Of a stretch of DNA of 64,000 bases, positions 43,698 to 52,348 are shown one piece after another. Below the pieces are notes generated by a model, which worked only from the letters and a program-made list of their open reading frames with translations, was not told the DNA's origin and did no database searches. How positions within the stretch are numbered: position 1 is the stretch's first letter; the number at the start of each line of letters is the position of its first letter. The position numbers and the translations under genes are program-made. Source of the stretch: Candidatus Puniceispirillaceae bacterium (GTDB lineage Bacteria > Pseudomonadota > Alphaproteobacteria > Puniceispirillales > Puniceispirillaceae); NCBI GenBank assembly GCA_965660095.1, contig CBFHYP010000011.1:1070-65069 (forward strand), given 5' to 3'.

Positions 43698-44618
43698 ATG
43701 ACCCAGCAATCACCCCAACCGCCAGTAATGTCAGATAATCTGCATAGCGCTATTTTGACAATATTATCTTCTTTTGTCTTTACCATTAATGATGCGCTGA
43801 TGAAGCTTATTCTATTTGAATATGAGCTTTTTTTTGCCCTGCTGATAAGAGGGGTATTTGCCCTTCCAATACTTATCCTCTTATGCATGTATGAGCGGAT
43901 GCTATTTGTGCGTCTTGGTGGACGGGATTGGATGTTAGTGTTTGGGCGCGCATGCTGTGAAGTTGGTCTTGCTTATTGTTTGCTGACAGCGTTGATGCAA
44001 ATGCCGCTTGCAACCTTAACAGCATTGTTGCAGTCCTCTCCTTTATTTCTTTCGCTTATTGCCTTTATCTTTTTTGGCGAGCGGTTCAAATGGCGGCGAT
44101 GGGTAGCGCTAGGGGTAGGATATGTTGGGGTTTTGATTATTATCCGGCCATCTGAGGCAATGAGCCTATCTGCTGCATTTTTTGGCATAGCATCGGTGGG
44201 TTTCATCGTTGCAAGAGATAGTTTCTCACGGCTATTTTCACCACAAGTACCAACACTGTTCCCTGCCTTAATCAATGTCATGGCTGTCATGATATTTGCA
44301 GGGTTATTGGCAGATAGCTGGCATCTTGACCAGCTGATAAGCTGGCAGATAAGCTGGCCACCCATGTATATGATTTTAGCCTTTGCAGGGGCTGCATTAA
44401 CTATCATTATCGCCAATATGCTGGTGGTTGCGATGATGCGCAAAGGGGATATCGGTTTTGTGAGCCAATTTAGATATTCTGCAATTCTATTCTCGCTTGT
44501 TGCAGGCTATTTCCTATTTGGAGAATGGCCAGATATTATCACCTTTTTTGGCGCAGCACTTGTGATAGCAGCAGGGCTATATAGCTTTGCACGCGAGCGG
44601 CAGGCCCAACATGCCTAA
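43698..44618 (+). CDS. DMT-superfamily (EamA-like) transporter
   Basis: About 10 hydrophobic segments in two EamA-like halves. 306 aa. Confidence 0.75.
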   Translation: MTQQSPQPPVMSDNLHSAILTILSSFVFTINDALMKLILFEYELFFALLIRGVFALPILILLCMYERMLFVRLGGRDWMLVFGRACCEVGLAYCLLTALMQMPLATLTALLQSSPLFLSLIAFIFFGERFKWRRWVALGVGYVGVLIIIRPSEAMSLSAAFFGIASVGFIVARDSFSRLFSPQVPTLFPALINVMAVMIFAGLLADSWHLDQLISWQISWPPMYMILAFAGAALTIIIANMLVVAMMRKGDIGFVSQFRYSAILFSLVAGYFLFGEWPDIITFFGAALVIAAGLYSFARERQAQHA

Positions 44619-44626
44619 GCTTAGGC

Positions 44627-45097
44627 CTATTCAGATGTGTCTTCGTTTGTTTGTGGTGAGAGTTGGCTGACAAAATTGGTGAAAAAAGCGCCAGCAAGTT
44701 TCTTTGCTGTTCCCAAAATAAGGCGTGAGCCTAGCTGGGCAATTTTACCGGTAACAGCGGCATCTACCTCGTAATTCAGGCAAGTGCCCTGGCCGCCATC
44801 TATCTCTGTTAGGGTTACCCTTGCACTGCCTGACGCACCGCCAGCAACCCCGCCAGTACCAGAGCCTGTAATCATATAGGAATACGGCGGATTAAGCTCG
44901 GTTAAATGCACCTCGCCTTTAAAGGTGGCTGAAACCGGGCCAATTTTTAGCTTCACCTTTGCATGCAGTTCTGTTGGGCTGATTTGTTCAAGCTCTTGGC
45001 AACCTGGAATGGCGTGCTTTAGCGTTTCAGGGTTATTTAATTCATCCCAAACGGTTTGAATGGGAAGCGGAAGTGTTGCACTATCTTTTATCTCCAT
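44627..45097 (-). CDS. SRPBCC-fold protein, CoxG family
   Basis: 156 aa with WDELNNPETLKHAIPGC...GPVSATFKG...GGxAGGASG...GKIAQLGSRL, typical of CoxG. Confidence 0.75.
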   Translation of the reverse strand: MEIKDSATLPLPIQTVWDELNNPETLKHAIPGCQELEQISPTELHAKVKLKIGPVSATFKGEVHLTELNPPYSYMITGSGTGGVAGGASGSARVTLTEIDGGQGTCLNYEVDAAVTGKIAQLGSRLILGTAKKLAGAFFTNFVSQLSPQTNEDTSE

Positions 45098-45639
45098 GCC
45101 TTCATCTCCTTTGAAAACCCGTGTTGTTAAGCGAATGCCAGAAATACCATTATGATAAAGCCAGACATATCAGCAAGCATTATCAGCACCTGATAAGATT
45201 TGCTAGTGTAGATGATACACAAGAATTTGAAACTATTTCTTATCGAAGAAATACACCAAGAATCATACAGAATATTTTGCAATACTCAATTAAGGGCTGT
45301 GAAAATTTCTTTATTTTCTTCAAGATTTGCACATAGAATAAAACTTTACCAAGATGCCGTTTTGATGTGTTTCAAAGACTAATACCAGCGCAAAAAAACC
45401 GTTTTTAACATAGTTTCGCTTAACTTTTTGTTTAATGTGAATGTGTTAGCCTATTTATGCATATTCATTTCAGATTTAATTACTTTAAATTTTTTAAAAT
45501 TAGAGAATTTTTTATAAGTGAAAATGCATTCCCATTTTCTTGACGCGTAGGTTTTTCTGGTGCAGATTTTTTGAAATAAAATGACATTTCATATTAGAGT
45601 GACGTTCAAAGTCTTATCTATTTTCTGGAGGAGAAATAT

Positions 45640-46992
45640 ATGTCTTTAACCACAAAAATGTTTGGTGCTGCAACGGCGTTTGTTGCCGCATCATTCGCGT
45701 TTTCAGGCAGTGCGCTAGCTGATGGTCACGTCTGTGATACCCCATCAAAGCTTTCTGCTGATTTAGGAAGTTTCCAAGGTGAAGTGATCACCATTGCAGG
45801 TTCCATGCAAGGCAAGGATGAAGAAAACCTGCTTGCGACCGTAAGCTGCTTTGAGAAAGCAACAGGGGCAGTTGTTAAATATTCAGGTTCACGCGATTTT
45901 GCGGCATTAATCGTTGCAGACCTTCAGTCAAACAATGCGCCAAATATTGCGATTTTCCCGCAGCCAGGTCTAGCAGGTGATATGGCAAAAGAGGGTTATC
46001 TTTCGCCATTGGGAAGCGGGCTTTCAGATTGGATGACCAATAATTACGGTGCGGGTTCTTCTTGGGTTGATCTTGGCACCTATACCGGCCAAGACGGCAA
46101 GGACGCATTTTATGGCTTTGCATTCAAGCAAGACCTGAAATCACTGGTGTGGTATTCACCTGAGCAGTTTGAAGATAATGGCTATGAAATTCCAACAACA
46201 ATGGAAGAGCTGATTGCCCTATCTGATCAGATGGTTGCTGATGGCAATACACCGTGGTGTATTGGTGTTGAATCAGGCAATGCAACAGGCTGGACAGCAA
46301 CAGACTGGATGGAAGATTTAATGCTTCGCACAGCCTCACCTGAAAAATATGACCAGTGGGTATCAAACGAGCTTCCATTTAATAGCCCTGAAGTGCTAAA
46401 TGCAATGGAAGTGTATGGTCAGTTCTCACGCAATGATGATTATGTTGCAGGTGGTTCTGCTGCGGTAGCAACAACCTTCTTCGGTGATGCCCCTAAGGGT
46501 CTGTTTACTTCACCAGCACAATGTATGATGCACCGTCAGGCTTCATTCATTCCTGCATTCTTCCCGAAAAAAGGTGAAGAAGTGGCAGCTGGCGAAGCAG
46601 ATTTCTTCTACTTCCCACCATTTGCATCAGCAAATCTAGGTAATCCAGTGCTTGGTGCAGGTACATTATACACTATCACCAAGGATTCTGCTGCAACACG
46701 TGCATTCTTCCAGTATCTAACTGAAGCTAAGGCACATGAGGTGTGGATGTCACAAGGTGCGTTCCTAACAGCGAATAAAAATGCTGATTTGTCTGCCTAT
46801 GCATCTGATGCACAGCGCAAGCAGGGTGAAATTTTGGTGAATGCAACTACCTTCCGTTTTGATGCGTCTGATTTAATGCCAGGGGCAATCGGTGCAGGTG
46901 CATTCTGGAGCGAAATGACAGCCTTTGCAAATGGCCAAGATGCAAAAACAACAGCTGATAATATTCAAGCTGCTTGGGATGCGATTAAGTAG
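45640..46992 (+). CDS. aglE: alpha-glucoside ABC transporter substrate-binding protein
   Basis: Family-1 solute-binding protein with a signal peptide and a GGAGGAG RBS. It is the first gene of a block ordered SBP, permease, permease, GH13, ATPase, identical to Sinorhizobium aglEFGAK. Confidence 0.7.
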   Translation: MSLTTKMFGAATAFVAASFAFSGSALADGHVCDTPSKLSADLGSFQGEVITIAGSMQGKDEENLLATVSCFEKATGAVVKYSGSRDFAALIVADLQSNNAPNIAIFPQPGLAGDMAKEGYLSPLGSGLSDWMTNNYGAGSSWVDLGTYTGQDGKDAFYGFAFKQDLKSLVWYSPEQFEDNGYEIPTTMEELIALSDQMVADGNTPWCIGVESGNATGWTATDWMEDLMLRTASPEKYDQWVSNELPFNSPEVLNAMEVYGQFSRNDDYVAGGSAAVATTFFGDAPKGLFTSPAQCMMHRQASFIPAFFPKKGEEVAAGEADFFYFPPFASANLGNPVLGAGTLYTITKDSAATRAFFQYLTEAKAHEVWMSQGAFLTANKNADLSAYASDAQRKQGEILVNATTFRFDASDLMPGAIGAGAFWSEMTAFANGQDAKTTADNIQAAWDAIK

Positions 46993-47020
46993 TTATTTTG
47001 CAAAGACACTATCTCATGAA

Positions 47021-47045
47021 AGAGTGCGGGTTTCGCTCGCACTCT
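47021..47045 (+). other. intra-operon hairpin after the SBP gene
   Basis: 8-bp stem AGAGTGCG / CGCACTCT with a 9-nt loop, followed by a T-rich tract. Confidence 0.5.
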
Positions 47046-47106
47046 TCTCTATTCTTTAAAGACGTGTATATAAAACATTTATTCAGAATATTCACGGAAT
47101 CAAAAC

Positions 47107-48357
47107 ATGCGTTCGATTAAGCCGCTCATTGCTGGAAATGGAATAGCGATATTCCTCACAGTGGTGTGTCTACTGCCCCTTACAGCTATTTTTGCGCTTG
47201 CGGCAACGGCGCCGCTGGACGGGCTTATGGCTAATTTTGGCATGTGGTTGCATGATGTCTTTAGCTGGTCTGCTTCTGAATTTGATACCCAAGCGCGCTT
47301 CTCGAAAATTGGCTTTGCCATTCGTATCGTAACGATTTCCGTCGGTATTTCATTTCTGTATTTTGGTGTGAGCAACTGGCTGACCTTGGGGCTAGCGCGC
47401 AGAACTGCCAAAAGCTCCCCTGGCAAACAATCTGCAATTATCGAAGCTATTCAGCCTTGGATTTTTGTTGGTCCTGCTTTGATGCTATTATTGCTGTTTT
47501 TATTGGTTCCAGGATTTTTAACCTTAAAACAATCCATGCAAGAAGCGAGCGGCACCTTTAGTTTTCAAAATTATGCTTTTTTATGGGACCCTACTGCTTT
47601 GGGCTATGTGCAATTTAGGTTTGCCATGCGGAACAGCCTTATGTGGCTGATATTGGTGCCAACAGCTTGCATATCGTTGGGGCTGTTAATTGCGGTGCTT
47701 GCTGATTCATTGCGCTGGGGTGTGATTGCAAAAACCTTTATTTTTGTGCCATTGGCGATTTCTTTTGTAGGGGCTGCGGTTATTTGGCGAAATATTTTTG
47801 CAGGCGGCGGTATTGAATCCCTGCAAGCGATTAATGGGGCAACACCCTCATATCAAGTGGGGTTAATGAAGGCGTTGCTTGGCCATACTGCTGCCTATAA
47901 TGAGCCTTTATATAATTTGAAATTCTGGGGTAATTTCTTTTTGATGTGGATTTTAGTCTGGGTTCAAACTGGCTTTGCGATGGTGATTTTTTCAGCTGCT
48001 TTGCGCGGCGTGCCACAAGATACCATTGAAGCGGCAACCATTGATGGGGCTAATCCGTTTCAGATGTTCTTCTATGTGAAACTGCCACAAATCTATTCAA
48101 CGGTCATGGTAGTATGGACCACTTTGGTTATTTTGGTTTTGAAAGTCTTTGATATTCCATATGCCTTATCTGCGAATGATGATGATAAATTATTGCTGGC
48201 GGTGATGATGGAAAATGCCCGCAATAACTGGTCTATTGGTGGTGATAATGTCGATAATTTATTTGCGGCTATTGCGGTGATGTTAATGCTTACTGTTGTT
48301 CCAAACATGGTCTTTAATGCATGGCGTATTCGCCGTGAGCAAAAAGATTTAAGTTAA
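47107..48357 (+). CDS. aglF: alpha-glucoside ABC transporter permease
   Basis: MalF-type permease with the EAA-like loop IEAATIDGANPFQMFFYVKLP. 416 aa. Confidence 0.7.
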   Translation: MRSIKPLIAGNGIAIFLTVVCLLPLTAIFALAATAPLDGLMANFGMWLHDVFSWSASEFDTQARFSKIGFAIRIVTISVGISFLYFGVSNWLTLGLARRTAKSSPGKQSAIIEAIQPWIFVGPALMLLLLFLLVPGFLTLKQSMQEASGTFSFQNYAFLWDPTALGYVQFRFAMRNSLMWLILVPTACISLGLLIAVLADSLRWGVIAKTFIFVPLAISFVGAAVIWRNIFAGGGIESLQAINGATPSYQVGLMKALLGHTAAYNEPLYNLKFWGNFFLMWILVWVQTGFAMVIFSAALRGVPQDTIEAATIDGANPFQMFFYVKLPQIYSTVMVVWTTLVILVLKVFDIPYALSANDDDKLLLAVMMENARNNWSIGGDNVDNLFAAIAVMLMLTVVPNMVFNAWRIRREQKDLS

Positions 48358-48374
48358 GAAAAGAGCTTTTCAGC

Positions 48375-49601
48375 ATGATTAGTCGTACCTTACATCACAC
48401 GGTTCTTGCCTTAATCGTCTTTATTTGGGTTGTCCCTTTTATTGCGCTTGTGACGACCTCGCTGCGTTCTGAGCTGGCTTCAAAGACTTCTGGCTTTTGG
48501 ACCTCTTTTACCCCAACTGAATTGGGGCACCGTTTTAGCACCCATGATAAGGGAAATGATGCAGAAATTCTGGAAATGCAGGGTAACATTTTTGCGCGGT
48601 TAAATGTAGGCGAAGAAGATTTTCCAATCTCTGGTAAAGTGAAATCTGTATTATTTAAAGGGCGCATTCAAGACCCAGATAATCCTGATAAAACAAAGCT
48701 TATAAGAAAACTTGTCCCGGTTGGCGAAGTGATGGATGTGCGGGGCGGGGATTTTAGCTTTGCTGAAAATGGCGATTTTCTATGGACCTTTAAAGAGCCC
48801 ACAATCCCAAGGCCTAAAACCCTAGATGTGTTCATCGACCAAGACCCTGTGTTTGGTGCGCAGGCTTATGAAGAAGTGCTGTTTGAGAATAAGCATGTGC
48901 CTAATGCGTTAATCTCATCTTTTATTGTTACTATCCCTGCGACCATCATTCCGATAACCATTGCTGCATTTGCGGCTTATGCCTTTGCATGGATGCGTTT
49001 TCCTGGTCGTGACTGGCTGTTTGTGATTGTTGTCTCCTTAATGGTAGTGCCAACCCAGCTTGCTTTTCTGCCTATTCTGCAGGGGTTTAGCGGCATTGCA
49101 TCATGGGCAACATCCTTAAATCAATGGATGACAGATTGCGAGGCGACAAAGAGTTGTGAGGTGGCTTCAAAAAGCTTTGCAAGCCTGTGGATTACCCATA
49201 CTGCTTTTGGCCTTCCATTAGCGATTTACTTGTTAAGAAATTATATTGTGGGTTTACCACGGGAATTACTGGAAAGCGCCAGAATTGATGGTGCTAATCA
49301 CTTGCAGATTTTCACAAAATTGATTGTGCCTCTATCTGTGCCTGCATTGGCGTCTTTCAGCATTTTCCAATTTTTGTGGGTGTGGAATGATTTGATTGTC
49401 GCATTATATATCGGGCCGAATAATTCAGATGATTTGGTTTTTCCAATTCGTCTTCAACAACAGCTTGGCACCTTTAAAGATCAGCTTCATTTGCTGAATG
49501 CGTCTGCGGTAATCTCGATGATTGTGCCTGTCATTGTGTTTCTTGCGATGCAGCGTTATTTCATCCGTGGTCTGCTAGCAGGTTCGGTCAAGGGAGGCTA
49601 G
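48375..49601 (+). CDS. aglG: alpha-glucoside ABC transporter permease
   Basis: MalG-type permease with the EAA loop LESARIDGANHLQIFTKLIVP. 408 aa, with a long hydrophilic loop after TM1. Confidence 0.7.
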   Translation: MISRTLHHTVLALIVFIWVVPFIALVTTSLRSELASKTSGFWTSFTPTELGHRFSTHDKGNDAEILEMQGNIFARLNVGEEDFPISGKVKSVLFKGRIQDPDNPDKTKLIRKLVPVGEVMDVRGGDFSFAENGDFLWTFKEPTIPRPKTLDVFIDQDPVFGAQAYEEVLFENKHVPNALISSFIVTIPATIIPITIAAFAAYAFAWMRFPGRDWLFVIVVSLMVVPTQLAFLPILQGFSGIASWATSLNQWMTDCEATKSCEVASKSFASLWITHTAFGLPLAIYLLRNYIVGLPRELLESARIDGANHLQIFTKLIVPLSVPALASFSIFQFLWVWNDLIVALYIGPNNSDDLVFPIRLQQQLGTFKDQLHLLNASAVISMIVPVIVFLAMQRYFIRGLLAGSVKGG

Positions 49602-49604
49602 TTG

Positions 49605-51155
49605 ATGTCAGCATTAAAATGGTGGGAGACAGCGGTTATCTATCAGATTTATCCGCGTTCTTTTCAAGATTCAAATGGGGATGGTATTGGGGATTTACCA
49701 GGCATTACCTCTCGGCTAGATTATGTTGCTGGGCTTGAGGTGGATGCCATTTGGATTAGTCCTTTCTTTAAAAGTCCACAGCATGATTTTGGCTATGATG
49801 TATCTGATTATTGCGATATCAATCCTGAATATGGCACGCTTGCGGATTTTGATGAGATGCTTGGGTGCGCACATCAGCTTAATCTAAAGGTAATGGTAGA
49901 TATCGTGCCTGCGCATTGTAGTGCAGAGCATGAATGGTTCAAACAAAGCAGGCAATCACGCACCAATGATAAAGCAGATTGGTTTCACTGGGTTGACCCG
50001 CTAAAGGATGGTTCTGCACCAACAAATTGGCTGTCCTTTTTTGGTGGCCGTGCATGGAGTTGGGAGCCGCGCCGCCAGCAATATTATCTGCATAATTTTC
50101 TGCCTAGCCAGCCTAATCTTAATCACGCTAATCCTGATGTTACAAATGCGATGATGGAGGTTGCACGTTTCTGGTTTGACCGTGGCGTAGATGGGTTTAG
50201 GCTAGATGCGTTGCATACGATTAATGCAGACACCCCGCCCTTTAAGAATAACCTGCCTAACCCTGAATTTGTGCCTGGTCCATTGCCGCAAGACCAGCAG
50301 CCATTTTTTCGCCAGCTTCATGATAGCGCACAGCTTAATCAGCCTTCCTTACAGCATTTCAGCGATGCCATTCGTAGCGTAGCAGACCAGTATGATGACC
50401 GGTTTTTGATGGGTGAGGTTGATGGCGATAATGATAGTGCGATGGAGGTAAGTGCCGGATTTACCCAAGCTGGCAGATTGCATGCGACCTATAATTTCGA
50501 TTTGCTGGAATGGGATGGTCTTAGCGTTGCTGAGATGAAATCTGTGATCTCCAACGCGTTAGATAAATTTAATGACACTGGCAGACTGTCCTTTGCATTT
50601 TCTAATCATGATGTGCCGCGTTCTGCAACACGCCAGCTAAAAGCATTAGGGCTAGAGGAAGATGCGATAGATGACATGCAGCTATTATTGCTGAAACTTG
50701 AGGCATGTTTAATTGGCTCTTGTTGCGTTTTTCAAGGCGAGGAATTAGGACTGACCGATGTTCGCACCATCCCTCTTGAAAAGATGAAAGACCCGTGGGG
50801 AGTAGAGTTTGCACCTGAATTTTTGGGTAGGGACACATGCCGTACGCCGATGGTGTGGCGCGGGGATGAAAAACATGGCGGCTTTTCTGTTGGCAATGAA
50901 ACTTGGCTTCCGGTTGCAGATGCGCATTTGCCGCGCGCAGGTCTTGATGCTACTGAAAATGCCAATTCGATATATACCCAATTTGCACAATTTTTAAAAT
51001 GGCGCAAAACCCAGCCTGCCTTTACGCACGCGAATAAGATGTCACAGATTACAGGTGGTGAAAATGAGATTTGTTTTAACCGTATATCACCCCATCAGAC
51101 CATCAGATGCAGGTTTGATTTTAACAGCCTAACCGCATCTTTTGAGGAGATTTAA
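49605..51155 (+). CDS. aglA: GH13 alpha-glucosidase
   Basis: The N-terminus is WWETAVIYQIYPRSFQDSNGDGIGDL. GH13 conserved regions are DIVPAH, GFRLDALH, GEVDG and FSNHD. Confidence 0.85.
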   Translation: MSALKWWETAVIYQIYPRSFQDSNGDGIGDLPGITSRLDYVAGLEVDAIWISPFFKSPQHDFGYDVSDYCDINPEYGTLADFDEMLGCAHQLNLKVMVDIVPAHCSAEHEWFKQSRQSRTNDKADWFHWVDPLKDGSAPTNWLSFFGGRAWSWEPRRQQYYLHNFLPSQPNLNHANPDVTNAMMEVARFWFDRGVDGFRLDALHTINADTPPFKNNLPNPEFVPGPLPQDQQPFFRQLHDSAQLNQPSLQHFSDAIRSVADQYDDRFLMGEVDGDNDSAMEVSAGFTQAGRLHATYNFDLLEWDGLSVAEMKSVISNALDKFNDTGRLSFAFSNHDVPRSATRQLKALGLEEDAIDDMQLLLLKLEACLIGSCCVFQGEELGLTDVRTIPLEKMKDPWGVEFAPEFLGRDTCRTPMVWRGDEKHGGFSVGNETWLPVADAHLPRAGLDATENANSIYTQFAQFLKWRKTQPAFTHANKMSQITGGENEICFNRISPHQTIRCRFDFNSLTASFEEI

Positions 51156-51156
51156 A

Positions 51157-52215
51157 ATGGCACAGCTTGAATTAAAAGATGTGAATAAATCCTTTGGGCA
51201 GACAGATGTTATTCGTAATGTAAATCTGGATATTGAAAAAGGTGAGTTTGTGGTTTTTGTAGGCCCATCAGGGTGCGGTAAATCTACATTATTGCGGCTC
51301 ATTGCAGGGCTAGAAACGCTATCTACAGGTGAGATTATTATCGCCGATAAACCGGTGATGGATTTGCCGCCATCTAAGCGCGGTATTGCGATGGTCTTTC
51401 AATCCTATGCGCTATATCCGCATATGACGGTATTTCATAATATGGCATTTTCGCTCAACCTTCAGGGGTTCTCAAAAGCGGAGATTAAAGAGCGTGTTGA
51501 AGCGGCAGCAACGATTTTGCAGATGGAACATTTGCTAGACCGCCGGCCTGCTGAACTCTCTGGTGGCCAACGTCAGCGCGTTGCCATTGGACGGGCAATT
51601 GTACGAAACCCTGAAGTGTTTTTATTTGACGAACCACTATCTAATTTAGATGCGGCACTGCGGCATGATACCCGTGTTGAAATCGCAAAATTACATAATC
51701 AGTTAGGCGCAACCACGATTTATGTGACCCACGATCAGGTTGAAGCGATGACCCTAGCAGATAAGATTGTGGTGCTAAAAGATGGGGTGGTGATGCAGGT
51801 CGGTGCGCCAATGGATTTGTTTAATCATCCTGCAAATGAATTTGTTGCTGGTTTTCTTGGCTCGCCAAAAATGAACTTTTTTGAAGGCACAATTACAGAG
51901 CTAGACCCATTAAAAGGCACTGCTAGTTTTTCGGGTGAGGGAATTGAAGCACCATCTATTCGGCTAGTGTCTTCTGATAAAACAAAAGGCGATAAGGTGC
52001 GTTTAGGTATCCGTCCACAATATTTGCAGCTTGATTCAAAAGGCGGCGTGAAAGGCCACATCACGTTGGTTGAAAGGCTAGGGACAGAAACGGTGGTCGA
52101 GCTGAAAACATCAGCAGATACCGTGTTTCGCTTTGCCTCGCCAGACCTGCTCGATTTAGAGGTTGGCCAGCAGGTTAGCTTTAGCTTTGCAGCTGAAAAA
52201 GCACATTTATTTTAG
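51157..52215 (+). CDS. aglK: sugar ABC transporter ATP-binding protein (MalK/UgpC type)
   Basis: Contains GPSGCGKST, LSGGQRQRVAIGRA and FLFDEPLSNLD. ATG 51157 is preceded by GAGGAG; the track start at 51142 is less likely. Confidence 0.85.
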   Translation: MAQLELKDVNKSFGQTDVIRNVNLDIEKGEFVVFVGPSGCGKSTLLRLIAGLETLSTGEIIIADKPVMDLPPSKRGIAMVFQSYALYPHMTVFHNMAFSLNLQGFSKAEIKERVEAAATILQMEHLLDRRPAELSGGQRQRVAIGRAIVRNPEVFLFDEPLSNLDAALRHDTRVEIAKLHNQLGATTIYVTHDQVEAMTLADKIVVLKDGVVMQVGAPMDLFNHPANEFVAGFLGSPKMNFFEGTITELDPLKGTASFSGEGIEAPSIRLVSSDKTKGDKVRLGIRPQYLQLDSKGGVKGHITLVERLGTETVVELKTSADTVFRFASPDLLDLEVGQQVSFSFAAEKAHLF

Positions 52216-52305
52216 ACAAAAAAACCTCGGTTTTTTCCATCAGATAAAATAGGACTAATTTTGTCTTTTTATAATTGACAATCCCACAATGCTGAATTAG
52301 GTGTT

Positions 52306-52324
52306 GTGAATGATAATCATTCGC
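52306..52324 (+). promoter_or_regulatory. Fur box
   Basis: GTGAATGATAATCATTCGC matches the 19-bp consensus GATAATGATAATCATTATC at 15/19 positions. Its core GAATGAT-A-ATCATTC is a perfect palindrome. It lies 25 nt upstream of the Fe(3+) SBP start, and TTGACA is at 52275-52280. Confidence 0.7.
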
Positions 52325-52348
52325 AACTGTTAAGAAAGTACATTTAGA

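Noticed and set aside
44627-45097. CoxG gene as evidence for a carbon-monoxide dehydrogenase locus
   Set aside because: No coxM/S/L or accessory genes are nearby. Stand-alone SRPBCC/CoxG-like genes are common.
45121-45336. 71-aa ORF in the AT-rich region upstream of aglE
   Set aside because: It has no RBS, its Lys/Ile/Tyr/Phe-rich composition is driven by AT-rich DNA, and it starts on GTG. It is probably non-coding, though the region is flagged as a long leader.
52216-52250. Terminator after aglK (AAAAACC-TC-GGTTTTT)
   Set aside because: The stem is almost entirely A:T with a 2-nt loop, too weak to call. Termination here is plausible but unsupported.
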